The notes below the pieces were generated by a model, which did no database searches, was not told the DNA's origin, and saw nothing but the letters and a program-made list of their open reading frames with translations. The translations under genes were made by a program, and so were the position numbers. A stretch of 64,000 bases of DNA from an uncultured Gemmatimonadota bacterium (lineage in GTDB: Bacteria > JAAXHH01): positions 3,712,001 to 3,776,000 of the forward strand of contig OX638340.1 of the NCBI GenBank assembly GCA_951812955.1, written 5' to 3'. Below, piece by piece: positions 18,713 through 28,738 of this stretch (the stretch's first letter is position 1; every line of letters starts with the position of its first letter).

Positions 18713-20944
18713 ATGAAGCTCAGCGCGGTACTGTTTTCCCTGCTGTTGATTCACGCCCCGGCGCAGGCCGCCACGATAAGCGGATTCGTCACGGATCGTA
18801 CCAGCGGTGAATTCCTGCTCTCCGCGAACGTATTCCTGAGCGGAACGTCGTTGGGCGCCTTGAGCAATGAGAGCGGCTATTATGCAATTACCGGGATACC
18901 CGCGGGATCCTACGTCCTCATCGTGTCATACCTCGGATACGAGACGCACCGGGACTCGCTTAGTCTCGGCGCCGAAGCGTATCTTCGGCTGGACGTGACC
19001 CTCGCGCCGACCGTGCTGATCGGCGAGGAAACCGTAGTCGAGGCGGATCGAAACAGAGACGAGCGCCTGGCTCAACCCGGTTTCGTCGCCCTCCAGGCCG
19101 CGGTACTGCAGGAGCTGCCCGCCATAGGGGAAACCGACTTGTTGCGCAGCCTGCAGCTCCTTCCGGGCATCCAGGCATCGTCGGATATAAGCAGCGGCCT
19201 GTACATCCGGGGCGGCGGTCCCGATCAGACCCAGATACTTCTCGATCAGATCCCCCTCTACAATCCCTCGCACGCATTCGGATTCTTTTCCATTTTCAAT
19301 CCGGAAGCCATCAAGGACATGCGCCTGCACAAGAGCGCTTATCCCGCCAGTTACGGCGGCAACCTCGGTGCGGTGCTCGACGTGACGAACCGCGACGGCA
19401 ACCGCAACGACCTTCGCGGATCGGGCGGAATCAGCCTCATCTCGATGCGCACCATGATCGAAGGCCCCCTTGCACGCGGCTCTTTCATGGTTTCCGGAAG
19501 GCGAACGTACCTGGAACCGATCCTGGCCTATATCCGGCGGCGCGTAGAGGATATCCCAGGATACTATTTCTATGATGTGAATGCGAAAATCAACCAGAAT
19601 CTGTCCTACTCGGACAATCTGGTGCTGAGCGGATACTTCGGCCGGGACGACCTGAACCTCGAAACCAGCGACGACAACCACTTCAACGTCCGCTGGGGCA
19701 ATTCCGCGATAACGGGCAAATGGACGCACCTGTTCTCGCCTACGCTATTCGGCAATTTCATTGTTTCGGGAAGCGACTACGCGAGCCGGCTTTCGGCGAA
19801 TTTCGACGGAACGGAAGTGCTCTTCAGGAACAGCATTCGGGACATCAGCGTCAAGGGCGACCTGGACTATGTCGCCGACGACCAACACGCGCTGAAGGGC
19901 GGTTTCCGCGCTACGGGATACCGGTTCAGATTCAAGCGGAGCTTCAACCAGGATGATCAGCTCGACCTCAGGCTGAGGCCCTACGTAGTCTCGGTATATG
20001 CCCAGGACCAGTGGCAGGCGCTGCCTTCGACCTCGATTCGCCTGGGACTGCGCGGGAACTATTACAGCGAACGCGGCAAGATCGACCTGGAGCCTCGTGT
20101 TTCGCTCAGTCACCGGCTGCCCGGCGGGTTGCGGCTGAAGGCGGGCGGCGGACGGTACCACCAGTACCTGCAACTGATCACCACGGAGGGCTTCAGCGGC
20201 GGCGATTTCTGGGTGCCGCTCGACAGCAGTGTGGAACCCGGTCAGGCGTGGCATTTCGTCATCGGCGCAAGTTGGGACCCGGCGCCGAACTACCGGCTAT
20301 CGCTCGAATCCTACTATCAGCGTTTGGGCAACCTGGTCGTCGTGGACAACACGCGGGCGGCAGGCGCCGATGAAACCCGGTCTGAGGACGTGTTCATCAC
20401 CGGTGGCAGGGGGTACGCCACGGGTGTGGAGCTGTTTGTGGAGCGCATGTCGGGCAGATTGACAGGATGGATCGGCTACACGCTCGGGTGGACGCGCCGC
20501 CAGTTCCCGGAACTGAACCAGGGTGACTGGTTTCCTCCGAAGTACGACCGTCGCCACGATCTCGTGGTTTCGGCCAATTACAGGGCCGGCCGCTGGACAT
20601 TTGGATGCAATGTGATTTTCGCAACCGGGCAGGCCTTCACGCCCGCCTCTGCCCGTTACGAATTGAGGGAATCGGCGCGAACCGGCATACGGGAGGACTA
20701 TTTCCTGCCCACCGGGCGCAATACCGCGCGGTTGCTGCCATACCACCGGGTGGACCTGAGCGTCAAGCAGGATTTTCGCCTGTTCGGCCGAGATCTCCAG
20801 TGGTATCTGCAGGTATTCAACGCCTACAATCATCGCAACGAATGGTTTATTCAGTACAATACGGAAGATGACGGGATCACCACCGCGGATGTGGTGAAGA
20901 TGCTGCCCATCGTACCGACGCTCGGCCTGAACTACGAATTCTGA
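18713..20944 (+). CDS. TonB-dependent outer-membrane receptor (SusC-like, CarboxypepD_reg N-domain + plug + barrel)
   Basis: Signal peptide MKLSAVLFSLLLIHAPAQA, then ATISGFVTDRTSGEFLLSANVF...GYYAITGIPAGSYVLIVSYLGYETH (carboxypeptidase-regulatory-like). Plug motifs are present, and the protein ends with a C-terminal aromatic residue (...LGLNYEF). Confidence 0.9.
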   Translation: MKLSAVLFSLLLIHAPAQAATISGFVTDRTSGEFLLSANVFLSGTSLGALSNESGYYAITGIPAGSYVLIVSYLGYETHRDSLSLGAEAYLRLDVTLAPTVLIGEETVVEADRNRDERLAQPGFVALQAAVLQELPAIGETDLLRSLQLLPGIQASSDISSGLYIRGGGPDQTQILLDQIPLYNPSHAFGFFSIFNPEAIKDMRLHKSAYPASYGGNLGAVLDVTNRDGNRNDLRGSGGISLISMRTMIEGPLARGSFMVSGRRTYLEPILAYIRRRVEDIPGYYFYDVNAKINQNLSYSDNLVLSGYFGRDDLNLETSDDNHFNVRWGNSAITGKWTHLFSPTLFGNFIVSGSDYASRLSANFDGTEVLFRNSIRDISVKGDLDYVADDQHALKGGFRATGYRFRFKRSFNQDDQLDLRLRPYVVSVYAQDQWQALPSTSIRLGLRGNYYSERGKIDLEPRVSLSHRLPGGLRLKAGGGRYHQYLQLITTEGFSGGDFWVPLDSSVEPGQAWHFVIGASWDPAPNYRLSLESYYQRLGNLVVVDNTRAAGADETRSEDVFITGGRGYATGVELFVERMSGRLTGWIGYTLGWTRRQFPELNQGDWFPPKYDRRHDLVVSANYRAGRWTFGCNVIFATGQAFTPASARYELRESARTGIREDYFLPTGRNTARLLPYHRVDLSVKQDFRLFGRDLQWYLQVFNAYNHRNEWFIQYNTEDDGITTADVVKMLPIVPTLGLNYEF

Positions 20945-20946
20945 CC

Positions 20947-21840
20947 ATGCAGACCAAAACCAGGAAACCTCCATACATCCCGGGCGTGCTGGCGGTCGCC
21001 CTGCTTGCCGGTCTCTCCGTCCTTTCGAGTTGTAACGGGGAGCGGGACCCGGCGACGCTCTTCGGTCCGGACGAACGTGTAACCGTTGTCGTAGACGCCG
21101 TGCTGTACGTCGATCGTATCCTGCCGGAGATCATCGTCACCCGGACGCGCGCCGCGAATATCGCTTTTACCGAAGAAGCCGCTGCGGTGAACGATGCCGA
21201 GGTCACCATCATACAGGGACTTGCGGAATACAGGTACGAGCGCGTCGGCCACCTGGGCCGGTATCTTCCGCCGCCGGGATCGCCCAAGGTACGGCCCGGC
21301 ACTGAATACCGTCTTCACGTCCGCGCACTCGGCAAGGAAATCCGGGGCGTCACTAAAACTCCGGGACGCCTGTCCTTCGATGAAGTCGTCATCGTCGACG
21401 AGACTTCCATGGAAGTGCTAGACCGGCTCGAGCCCCGAACCACCCCCCGGAACCAGGTGGTGTACCGGGAGGGACTCATGGAGGTGAGGTTCGATCCCCT
21501 CGACGTGGAGGCATACCAGGTCGTCGTACTGGACAGGGAGGCCGATGACGAGGTCAGCTCGCCGCCGCTCGAAGCGCGGGACGGCCGCCTGGCGCTGCCC
21601 TGGTTCGCCATCGGCTCTTCCGGAGAACACGAAGTCGAAGTGTACGCGCTGGACCGGAACCTGTTCGATTTCCTTCGAAGCGTAGAGGCGTCCGGTCAGA
21701 ACGCCTTCGGGTTCGGCAGCCTCGCGGGCGATACCTTCGAACGCCCGGTTTTCAATCTCGACGGCGGAATCGGCGTTTTCGGCTCGGCTTCCGTGGGACG
21801 CTTCGGTTTCGTCGTCTTGCAGGAAGATCGAAGCGGTTAA
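20947..21840 (+). CDS. DUF4249-family lipoprotein (TonB-receptor partner)
   Basis: Starts 3 nt after the receptor stop. Lipobox LSVLSSC. Size and context match the DUF4249 proteins that follow SusC-like receptors. Confidence 0.6.
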   Translation: MQTKTRKPPYIPGVLAVALLAGLSVLSSCNGERDPATLFGPDERVTVVVDAVLYVDRILPEIIVTRTRAANIAFTEEAAAVNDAEVTIIQGLAEYRYERVGHLGRYLPPPGSPKVRPGTEYRLHVRALGKEIRGVTKTPGRLSFDEVVIVDETSMEVLDRLEPRTTPRNQVVYREGLMEVRFDPLDVEAYQVVVLDREADDEVSSPPLEARDGRLALPWFAIGSSGEHEVEVYALDRNLFDFLRSVEASGQNAFGFGSLAGDTFERPVFNLDGGIGVFGSASVGRFGFVVLQEDRSG

Positions 21841-21874
21841 ACTCACGGTCGGATAAACTTGCCGAACCGTTGTT

Positions 21875-21903
21875 TTGACAACGAACCCGTATGCGTCTAT
21901 CTT
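21875..21903 (+). promoter_or_regulatory. sigma-70-type promoter (TTGACA-N17-TATCTT) for the dinG-like gene
   Basis: TTGACA at 21875-21880, a 17-nt spacer, then TATCTT at 21898-21903, ~55 nt upstream of the ATG at 21958. Confidence 0.5.
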
Positions 21904-21957
21904 CTGGACGCGCAAGTCGACCCAGCACGACCGAATAACCGCAAACCGCGTGGCTAC

Positions 21958-24807
21958 ATGTCCCTTCGCTCTTCCCATTCCTCTCAACCGTACGGCTACC
22001 CGCCCCTTGCACGTTCCTTCTATGCGATCCAACCTGAAACGCAGACCGGGGCGCATACCGGCCCGTTCACCGTCGTGCCCGTTCTGCGGGGCGAGGTCCT
22101 GGAAGCGTGCGCCGGACTCGGCCTGGAAGAGATTCGGGACATGGCCCGCGACCGGGCGGACGGCGCCTATCTCGTGGTCTGCGATCCGAGCACCGAACTC
22201 GCGGAACGGCTCTGGCAGATCGCGGCCGGTCTCGACTCGTTCGTATTGGATGTAAGGCTTCTCGCACGGATTCTGCTACCCGGGCTGAAAGACTACGAGC
22301 CGGCCACGGTGGCGGCATGCTTCGACGCGGCCCAGCCGCGCGGACAGGACGCTGCAGACGCTGGCCGCATGACGGCCTGGAACTGCCTGAAGCTTAGCGG
22401 TCTGCTATCGGACATGGACGCGGATACGTTGGAGACCCTGGTACGCCTGTCGGAGGGCGGGGGAACCGGTTTGGAACGGGTGCTCGCCGAGACCCGAAGC
22501 GCCAGGGCGACGACGGAGCGCACCGAACCGGACGCCGGGGATATCCGGCGTAACCTGCCTTTCGATCCCGGCACGCATTCCATCGGGGAGGGTTCATGCG
22601 ACCCCGGCGAGGAATCCGAAGCGCCCGACCCGCTTGACGTGGACGAGTTGGCCGGCCTGTTCGAAGAGGGCGGTCATTTTGAAAGCCGCATGGAAGGTTT
22701 CGAGCAGCGGCCGCAGCAGGTATCCATGGTCCGCGGGATCGCCAGGGCATTCAACGACGGCGAGGTATTCGTGGTAGAAGCGGGCACGGGCACCGGGAAA
22801 TCGCTCTCCTATCTGACGCCGGCCCTGCTGTGGGCCGTGCGGAATGGCCTGCGCGTAATCGTATCCACCAACACCAGGAATCTGCAGGAGCAACTTTTTT
22901 ACAAGGATCTGCCCTTCCTGCTGGACAACCTGGGGGTGCCCTTCAGCGCCACGCTGCTCAAGGGCCGGTCGAACTATCTGTGTCTGGACCGCTGGCGGCA
23001 GGTGATCCGGCGTCCGGAGGATCATCTCACACCGGAAGAACGGGAGGCCGCGATTCCCCTGGTGGTGTGGGCACGTGGGACGAATACGGGTGACGTCGCC
23101 GAACACGCGGGATTCAACACGGGAGCGAACCGCGGGCTTTGGGAGAAAATCAACGGGGAAGGGAGCGCCTGTCCCCGGTGCGCGGTCAAGGATGCGTGTT
23201 TCGTCAATCGGGCCAGGGCGGCCGCCCTCACCTCCCACGTCGTCATCGTCAATCATGCGCTGCTGTTCTCCGACCTGGAGGCCGACCACGCCGTGCTGTC
23301 CCGCTACACCCATCTCGTTGTCGACGAAGCCCACAATCTCGAACGGGCGGCCGTGCAACACCTGACCCTGGAAATCGGAGGCTGGCGCCTGCGCAACTCG
23401 CTGCGCAGGATATACTCCGCCGATCTCGGCGGAACCGGCGTGCTGGCCGGATTGGAGAGGCTGGCCACCCGGGCCGCCGAGAACCAGGAATGGAAGAGCC
23501 CGCTCGCTGCGGGCGTCCACCTGACCATCGACCGCCTGGCGGAGATGAACAGGAGGATCGAGACATTCTTCCGAGTGGCCGGCGAGGAAGCGCTGGACCG
23601 GTCCGAGGAGGAGGCGGACCGGACCCCCGGCCGATTGCCCGGGAGGACAAAGCTAAGGTACCGGGCCGATGACGGCTATACCCGGGTGCTGAGGTCGTCG
23701 TCGCGGGACCTCATCGCGTGTTGCGCGAGTCTGAATGAAGCCCTCGGACTCCTGCAGGGAACGCTTCAATCCGTTCCCGATTCCTGGTTGGAAGACCGTG
23801 AAGAGAGAATGGATGCGATACAGGCCGCCGCGGATTTCTGTCTGGAAATCGAAGAGCGTGTTTCCATACTCACCGAAGCCGAAGATGAAGCGCGGGTTTA
23901 CTGGGTGGAAGCCACGCGAGGTCAACCCCTGTCCTGCGTCCTTACGGGCGCGCCGCTCAGGGTGGCGGAACGGTTGCACGACGGTCTCTTCGACCGGATG
24001 CGGACCGTCGTGCTCACCTCGGCGACGCTGGCGGTGGGAGACCGGTTCGACTACCAGGTCGAAAGACTGGGACTCGACCGGGTTCCGGATGGGCGGTTGC
24101 GGGTCCAGGGTATCGGTTCGCCCTTCGACTACGAGGACCAGGTGATGATCGGCGTGCCCTCGGTTTTTCCATCTCCCAGATCCGGGGCTTTTCAGGCAGC
24201 GATCAGCAGGCTCATCCTGGATCTGGTCGTTTCCACGAGGCGCAGCACACTGGTCCTTTTCACCTCTTACAGCCAGTTGAACCGCACCTTCCAGGACATC
24301 GAATCGCCCCTCGCGGAACACGGCGTGGTTGTGATGGCGCAAGGGACGTCCGGGCCGCGGACCGTGCTGCTGGATCGTTTCAGAAGGACCGCCGCCGCCG
24401 TATTGCTGGGCACCGACAGCTTCTGGGAAGGGGTCGACGTGCCAGGCAAGTCGCTCGAGGTGGTCGTGATGGTAAAATTGCCTTTCGCCGTGCCGAGCGA
24501 ACCGCTGGTACAGGCCCAGATGGAGAGACTGGAAGAAGCCGGCCGCAACAGCTTTCTGGAGTACCAGGTGCCGGAGGCCGTCATCAAATTCAGGCAGGGC
24601 TTCGGCCGGCTCATCCGGTCGACGAGAGACTACGGCGTCGTAACGATTCTGGACCAGCGTGTGATCAGCACGACTTATGGACACCAGTTTCTCCATGCCC
24701 TTCCCGCGAGGTCGGAGGTTTTTCCCGACGCCGACGCCCTCGTGGAACGCGTGGCTTACTGGTTCAAGGCCCGTGAGAAACGGAAGACCGGCGGGATCCG
24801 GCCATAA
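21958..24807 (+). CDS. dinG: DinG/Rad3-family ATP-dependent DNA helicase with ~260-aa N-terminal extension
   Basis: Walker A VVEAGTGTGKSL, DEAH box HLVVDEAHNLE, a Cys-containing FeS-like region (CPRCAVKDAC) and helicase C-terminal motifs (LLGTDSFWEGVDVPG, QGFGRLIRS). The N-terminal 260 aa lack obvious DnaQ DEDD motifs. Confidence 0.8.
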   Translation: MSLRSSHSSQPYGYPPLARSFYAIQPETQTGAHTGPFTVVPVLRGEVLEACAGLGLEEIRDMARDRADGAYLVVCDPSTELAERLWQIAAGLDSFVLDVRLLARILLPGLKDYEPATVAACFDAAQPRGQDAADAGRMTAWNCLKLSGLLSDMDADTLETLVRLSEGGGTGLERVLAETRSARATTERTEPDAGDIRRNLPFDPGTHSIGEGSCDPGEESEAPDPLDVDELAGLFEEGGHFESRMEGFEQRPQQVSMVRGIARAFNDGEVFVVEAGTGTGKSLSYLTPALLWAVRNGLRVIVSTNTRNLQEQLFYKDLPFLLDNLGVPFSATLLKGRSNYLCLDRWRQVIRRPEDHLTPEEREAAIPLVVWARGTNTGDVAEHAGFNTGANRGLWEKINGEGSACPRCAVKDACFVNRARAAALTSHVVIVNHALLFSDLEADHAVLSRYTHLVVDEAHNLERAAVQHLTLEIGGWRLRNSLRRIYSADLGGTGVLAGLERLATRAAENQEWKSPLAAGVHLTIDRLAEMNRRIETFFRVAGEEALDRSEEEADRTPGRLPGRTKLRYRADDGYTRVLRSSSRDLIACCASLNEALGLLQGTLQSVPDSWLEDREERMDAIQAAADFCLEIEERVSILTEAEDEARVYWVEATRGQPLSCVLTGAPLRVAERLHDGLFDRMRTVVLTSATLAVGDRFDYQVERLGLDRVPDGRLRVQGIGSPFDYEDQVMIGVPSVFPSPRSGAFQAAISRLILDLVVSTRRSTLVLFTSYSQLNRTFQDIESPLAEHGVVVMAQGTSGPRTVLLDRFRRTAAAVLLGTDSFWEGVDVPGKSLEVVVMVKLPFAVPSEPLVQAQMERLEEAGRNSFLEYQVPEAVIKFRQGFGRLIRSTRDYGVVTILDQRVISTTYGHQFLHALPARSEVFPDADALVERVAYWFKAREKRKTGGIRP

Positions 24808-24867
24808 CCGGATCATCGACCGGTGATTCGAGGAAGGCGAAATTTGAATCAGAGGAATGCAGGTCCC

Positions 24868-25734
24868 ATGTCCGTGCTCGGTGCCATTGGCGTGTATGGC
24901 AGGATGATCAAGCTTTCACACAGCGTCTTCGCGCTGCCCTTTGCGCTGGCCGGCGCCGCGCTCGCCGCCAGGAGTCATGGGGTCGAATGGCAACAGCTGG
25001 CGTGGATCGTCGTCGCCATGGTGGCTGCACGGAGCGCGGCCATGGGGTTCAACCGGCTCGCCGACCGCGGGATGGACGCCAGGAATCCCCGCACGAGCAA
25101 CAGGGCGCTGCCGAAGGGATGGATTTCACCTCGCACCGTTGCCGTCATCGTGGGGGTATGCGGCGCGCTTTTCGTCTTTTCGGCCTACCAGCTCAATCCG
25201 CTGTGTCTGAAACTGTCGCCGCTTGCCCTGCTGGTGATTCTGTCCTACTCTTATTTCAAGCGGTTCACCTGGGCAACCCACCTGGTCCTGGGTCTCGCGC
25301 TCGGTATTGCGCCCGTCGGCGCGTGGATCGCCGTGACCGGCACTTTTGACACTGCGCCGCTCTGGCTTTCGGCGGCCGTGTTGACCTGGGTGGCGGGCTT
25401 CGATATAATATACGCTTGCCAGGACTATGATTTCGACGTGTCGCACGGCGTGCACTCGATTCCCCGTCGTATCGGAATCCGTCCGGCACTTCTGGCGGCC
25501 CGCCTGCTTCACGGGGCCACTGCCCTGGCCTTGCTGGCAGTCCACCAGGTTTTCGAGCTGCACGCGCTATATCTGATCGGCACCGCCCTGGCCATAGGGA
25601 TTCTGGTATATGAACACACGCTCGTCAAGTCGGACGATCTTTCGAAAATAGATGTCGCTTTTTTCAATACGAACGGTCTCGTCAGCGTCGTCTATCTCGC
25701 TTTCCTGCTGGGCGATATCCTGTGGCCGATATGA
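24868..25734 (+). CDS. ubiA: UbiA-family aromatic prenyltransferase (4-hydroxybenzoate/MqnP-like)
   Basis: Polytopic membrane protein. NRLADRGMDARNPRT is the UbiA Asp-rich motif region, and a second motif follows (YACQDYDFD). Confidence 0.8.
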   Translation: MSVLGAIGVYGRMIKLSHSVFALPFALAGAALAARSHGVEWQQLAWIVVAMVAARSAAMGFNRLADRGMDARNPRTSNRALPKGWISPRTVAVIVGVCGALFVFSAYQLNPLCLKLSPLALLVILSYSYFKRFTWATHLVLGLALGIAPVGAWIAVTGTFDTAPLWLSAAVLTWVAGFDIIYACQDYDFDVSHGVHSIPRRIGIRPALLAARLLHGATALALLAVHQVFELHALYLIGTALAIGILVYEHTLVKSDDLSKIDVAFFNTNGLVSVVYLAFLLGDILWPI

Positions 25735-26444
25735 GTACCGATGACGAAAAATCCCGGCGCATCCGCAGCATGTTCGATCGCATCGGGCGCAGGTACGACC
25801 TGCTCAATCACCTGCTGAGCGGATACAGCGACATCCTGTGGCGCAGGTCCGCCGTTCGCGCGCTGGACGCTTCCGCGGGGGACCTGCTGCTCGACGTGGG
25901 CATCGGTACGGGTGACCTGGCGCTCGAAGCGCTGAAGGGCAAGCGGCAACCGCGGTTGATCATCGGGGTGGACACAGCACTGCAGATGATGGGGATCGGC
26001 CGGAAGAAGACGGTAGATTCCGCGAGGCAGACCATCAGATTCGTCGGTGGCCGCGCCGAATCACTTCCCCTGCGGTCCGGCGTCTTCGACGGCGCAATGG
26101 TGGCTTTCGGCGTACGGAATTTTACCGACTGCGCCGCGGGTCTGAGGTGCATGTGGCGCGTGTTGAAGCCCGGGGGCAGGCTGGTGGTGCTGGAGCTGTC
26201 CGTACCCCGGAATCCGGTGATTCGCCCCCTGTACCACCTCTACGCCAGGTACGTAATGCCGTGGGTCGGCGGTCTAATCTCGGGAGACGCGGAGGCCTAC
26301 CGGTACCTTCAGGTTTCAGTGGAAGCGTTCCCGGAGCGTGAGCGTTTCCGAACGCTCATGGAAGGGGCGGGATTCGTAGACACGGGCTGGCGTGATCTGT
26401 CACTCGGCGCAGCTACAGTTTACTGGGGGGAGAAGCGCATATGA
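25731..26444 (+). CDS. ubiE: demethylmenaquinone/ubiquinone C-methyltransferase
   Basis: MFDRIGRRYDLLNHLLSGYSDILWRR...LDVGIGTGDL is the UbiE/MenG signature. The ATGA start overlaps the ubiA stop. Confidence 0.85.
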   Translation: MSTDDEKSRRIRSMFDRIGRRYDLLNHLLSGYSDILWRRSAVRALDASAGDLLLDVGIGTGDLALEALKGKRQPRLIIGVDTALQMMGIGRKKTVDSARQTIRFVGGRAESLPLRSGVFDGAMVAFGVRNFTDCAAGLRCMWRVLKPGGRLVVLELSVPRNPVIRPLYHLYARYVMPWVGGLISGDAEAYRYLQVSVEAFPERERFRTLMEGAGFVDTGWRDLSLGAATVYWGEKRI

Positions 26445-27064
26445 AACATGTCATCGTCGCCGTTACGGGTGCAAGCGGCGGACTGTACGCCCTTCGGCTT
26501 CTGCGCGCGTTGCTGGCCGGCGGACATCGGGTCAGCGTCATAATGTCCGGTTTCGGCCGGTACGTGCTCCGAGAAGAGACCGGCCTGGGAGCGGGTGACG
26601 AACTGCAGGACAGGCTGGCGGGGCTCTATGGCGACGCGGTGATGAAAGGCGACCTCACGGAATACAAAATCGGCGACCTGGCGGCTTCGATCGCAAGCGG
26701 GTCCGTACACACCGATGGGATGGTCGTCATACCCTGCTCGATGAAAACGCTGTCCGCCATCACCCATGGCGCTTCTTCGTCACTGATCGAAAGGGCCGCG
26801 GATGTCACGCTGAAAGAGAACCGTCCCCTCGTGCTGGTGCCCAGGGAAACGCCGCTGAACATTATCCACCTTCGCAACCTGCTCGCCGCCGCGGAGGCGG
26901 GGGCCCGTATCGTGCCGGCCATGCCGGCGTTCTACCAGAAGCCTTCCACCTTCGATGACCTGGCCGATTTCATCGCGGGAAGGGTGCTGAACCTGCTTGG
27001 CATGGACCAGCAACTCTTTTCGCCCTGGGACGCACCGTCGGGCGGCAAGGAGCCCGCGGGATGA
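26441..27064 (+). CDS. ubiX: flavin prenyltransferase UbiX (prenyl-FMN synthase)
   Basis: MKHVIVAVTGASGGLYALRLL...GMVVIPCSMKTLSAITHG is canonical UbiX/Pad1. Start overlaps the ubiE stop. Confidence 0.9.
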   Translation: MKHVIVAVTGASGGLYALRLLRALLAGGHRVSVIMSGFGRYVLREETGLGAGDELQDRLAGLYGDAVMKGDLTEYKIGDLAASIASGSVHTDGMVVIPCSMKTLSAITHGASSSLIERAADVTLKENRPLVLVPRETPLNIIHLRNLLAAAEAGARIVPAMPAFYQKPSTFDDLADFIAGRVLNLLGMDQQLFSPWDAPSGGKEPAG

Positions 27065-27720
27065 AAGACCAGGACATCCACCGGATGATCTCCATACTGG
27101 AAGACGAGACCTCCACGTGGACCGAAACCGCATTGACGCTGGTGGCCGAGCAGACCCGGCACGATCCATTCCGCATTCTGATCGGCACCGTGCTCAGTCT
27201 CAGGACGAAGGACGAGACGACCGCGGCGGCCTGTGAGCGCCTGTTCGCGCTGGCCGCGGATCCGGCCGCCATGCTGGTCCTTTCCGAAGACGACGTGGAC
27301 GGGGCCATTTATCCCGTGGGGTTTCATGCCACGAAAGCAAGCAACATCCTGCGGATCTGCCGGATCCTCGTGGATGCGTACCGCGGCGTCGTGCCGGACG
27401 ATATCGACACCCTGGTCAAGCTGCCCGGCGTGGGCAGGAAGACCGCCAATCTCGTGGTCACTATCGGTTTCGGCAAGCCGGGCATCTGCGTCGATACGCA
27501 TGTGCACCGCATCTCCAACCGCTGGGGATACATTTCCACCCGAAATCCGGACCAGTCGGAATTCGCGTTAAGAGAGAAGTTGCCATCGGAATACTGGATT
27601 AGGTATAATGATCTGCTCGTCATGTATGGCCAGAACTTGTGCAAACCCGTTTCGCCCTTCTGCAGCCGTTGCCGCCTGTCCCGGTTCTGCGACCGGGTCG
27701 GCGTGGGAAAACACAGATGA
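27061..27720 (+). CDS. nth: endonuclease III (DNA-(apurinic or apyrimidinic site) lyase)
   Basis: HhH-GPD motif LVKLPGVGRKTANLV and a C-terminal 4Fe-4S cluster C-x6-C-x2-C-x5-C (CKPVSPFCSRCRLSRFC). Start overlaps the ubiX stop. Confidence 0.9.
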   Translation: MKDQDIHRMISILEDETSTWTETALTLVAEQTRHDPFRILIGTVLSLRTKDETTAAACERLFALAADPAAMLVLSEDDVDGAIYPVGFHATKASNILRICRILVDAYRGVVPDDIDTLVKLPGVGRKTANLVVTIGFGKPGICVDTHVHRISNRWGYISTRNPDQSEFALREKLPSEYWIRYNDLLVMYGQNLCKPVSPFCSRCRLSRFCDRVGVGKHR

Positions 27721-27762
27721 CGGCGGAATCCGGGCACCCGGTTCCATGGAGGTATTGAATCA

Positions 27763-28731
27763 ATGGATGGTTTACTGAATACGCCGCGGGGACTCGGCCG
27801 CGCGCCTCATATCATCGCGGCGTTGTCCGTACCGGTTAGCGAAGCGGGCGATATCGACTTCGACGTCTTCGCCCAGGACCTCGAGCGGACGGCGCAATAC
27901 GGCATCGAACCCGCGGTGCTCATGGATACCTACCAGATCAACCATTGCACGCGGGATCAACAGGTCAAGGGGCTTGAGATCACCCGGGAAGTCATGAACG
28001 GTAGAGCGTTTACGGCAGGTGTATATGTCGAGGACGAGATCAGGGGTGACGGAATCGAGGACATCATCCGCGCGTACCGGGAGAAAATCGAGCAGCTTGA
28101 ACAACAATACGGCGCATGCCCGATCGTTTTTCAAACCGAGCGATTGAAGCACGCCGACGCCTCCACCGTCATACGCGTTTACGAGGGTCTCGCCGAAAAC
28201 TCGCGAGGCGGCCTGAAGGCATTCGAACTCAGCCCGGTGTTCGCGCCGAACGGCTGGATGTTTCCGGATGACGCGCTGATCGAAATCCTGGCCGGTGACA
28301 AATGGGCTGGCGCGAAGCATTCCTCCCTCGATCCGTCCAAGGAGTGGGCGCTGCTCCGGAAGATCCATCGAATCGGAAAGAAACTGTACACGGGGAACGA
28401 CTACGATTTCGCGTCCATGATATACTATGGGAGCGACGCGCTACTGGGTATCGCGACTTTCATGCCCGACAAGTTCAGGGAACTTTCGGATGCCTTGCAG
28501 GACGGCGACCTTGCGCGGTACCTCGACCTGGGGAGCAGGATGGAATTCCTGGGACGGGTCGCGTTCCAGCCGCCCGTGCCGGCCTACAAGCACAGCGCGG
28601 CCATGGTGAAGAAGATGCGCGGTTGGTATCCCACGGATGATGTGCTGCCCGGTAATCCCCTGCGGCGGGACGAGGCGCACCGGGAAGGGTTGCGGAAAGC
28701 CCTGGAAATCCTGGAAATTCCCTGCGCCTGA
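27763..28731 (+). CDS. hypothetical protein, possibly DapA/aldolase-like TIM-barrel (DUF993-like)
   Basis: 322 aa with clean codon usage. The weak DapA-like N-terminus (AALSVPVSEAGDIDFDVFAQDLERTAQYGIEPAVLMDTYQ) is only suggestive. Confidence 0.3.
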   Translation: MDGLLNTPRGLGRAPHIIAALSVPVSEAGDIDFDVFAQDLERTAQYGIEPAVLMDTYQINHCTRDQQVKGLEITREVMNGRAFTAGVYVEDEIRGDGIEDIIRAYREKIEQLEQQYGACPIVFQTERLKHADASTVIRVYEGLAENSRGGLKAFELSPVFAPNGWMFPDDALIEILAGDKWAGAKHSSLDPSKEWALLRKIHRIGKKLYTGNDYDFASMIYYGSDALLGIATFMPDKFRELSDALQDGDLARYLDLGSRMEFLGRVAFQPPVPAYKHSAAMVKKMRGWYPTDDVLPGNPLRRDEAHREGLRKALEILEIPCA

Positions 28732-28738
28732 ACGATTG

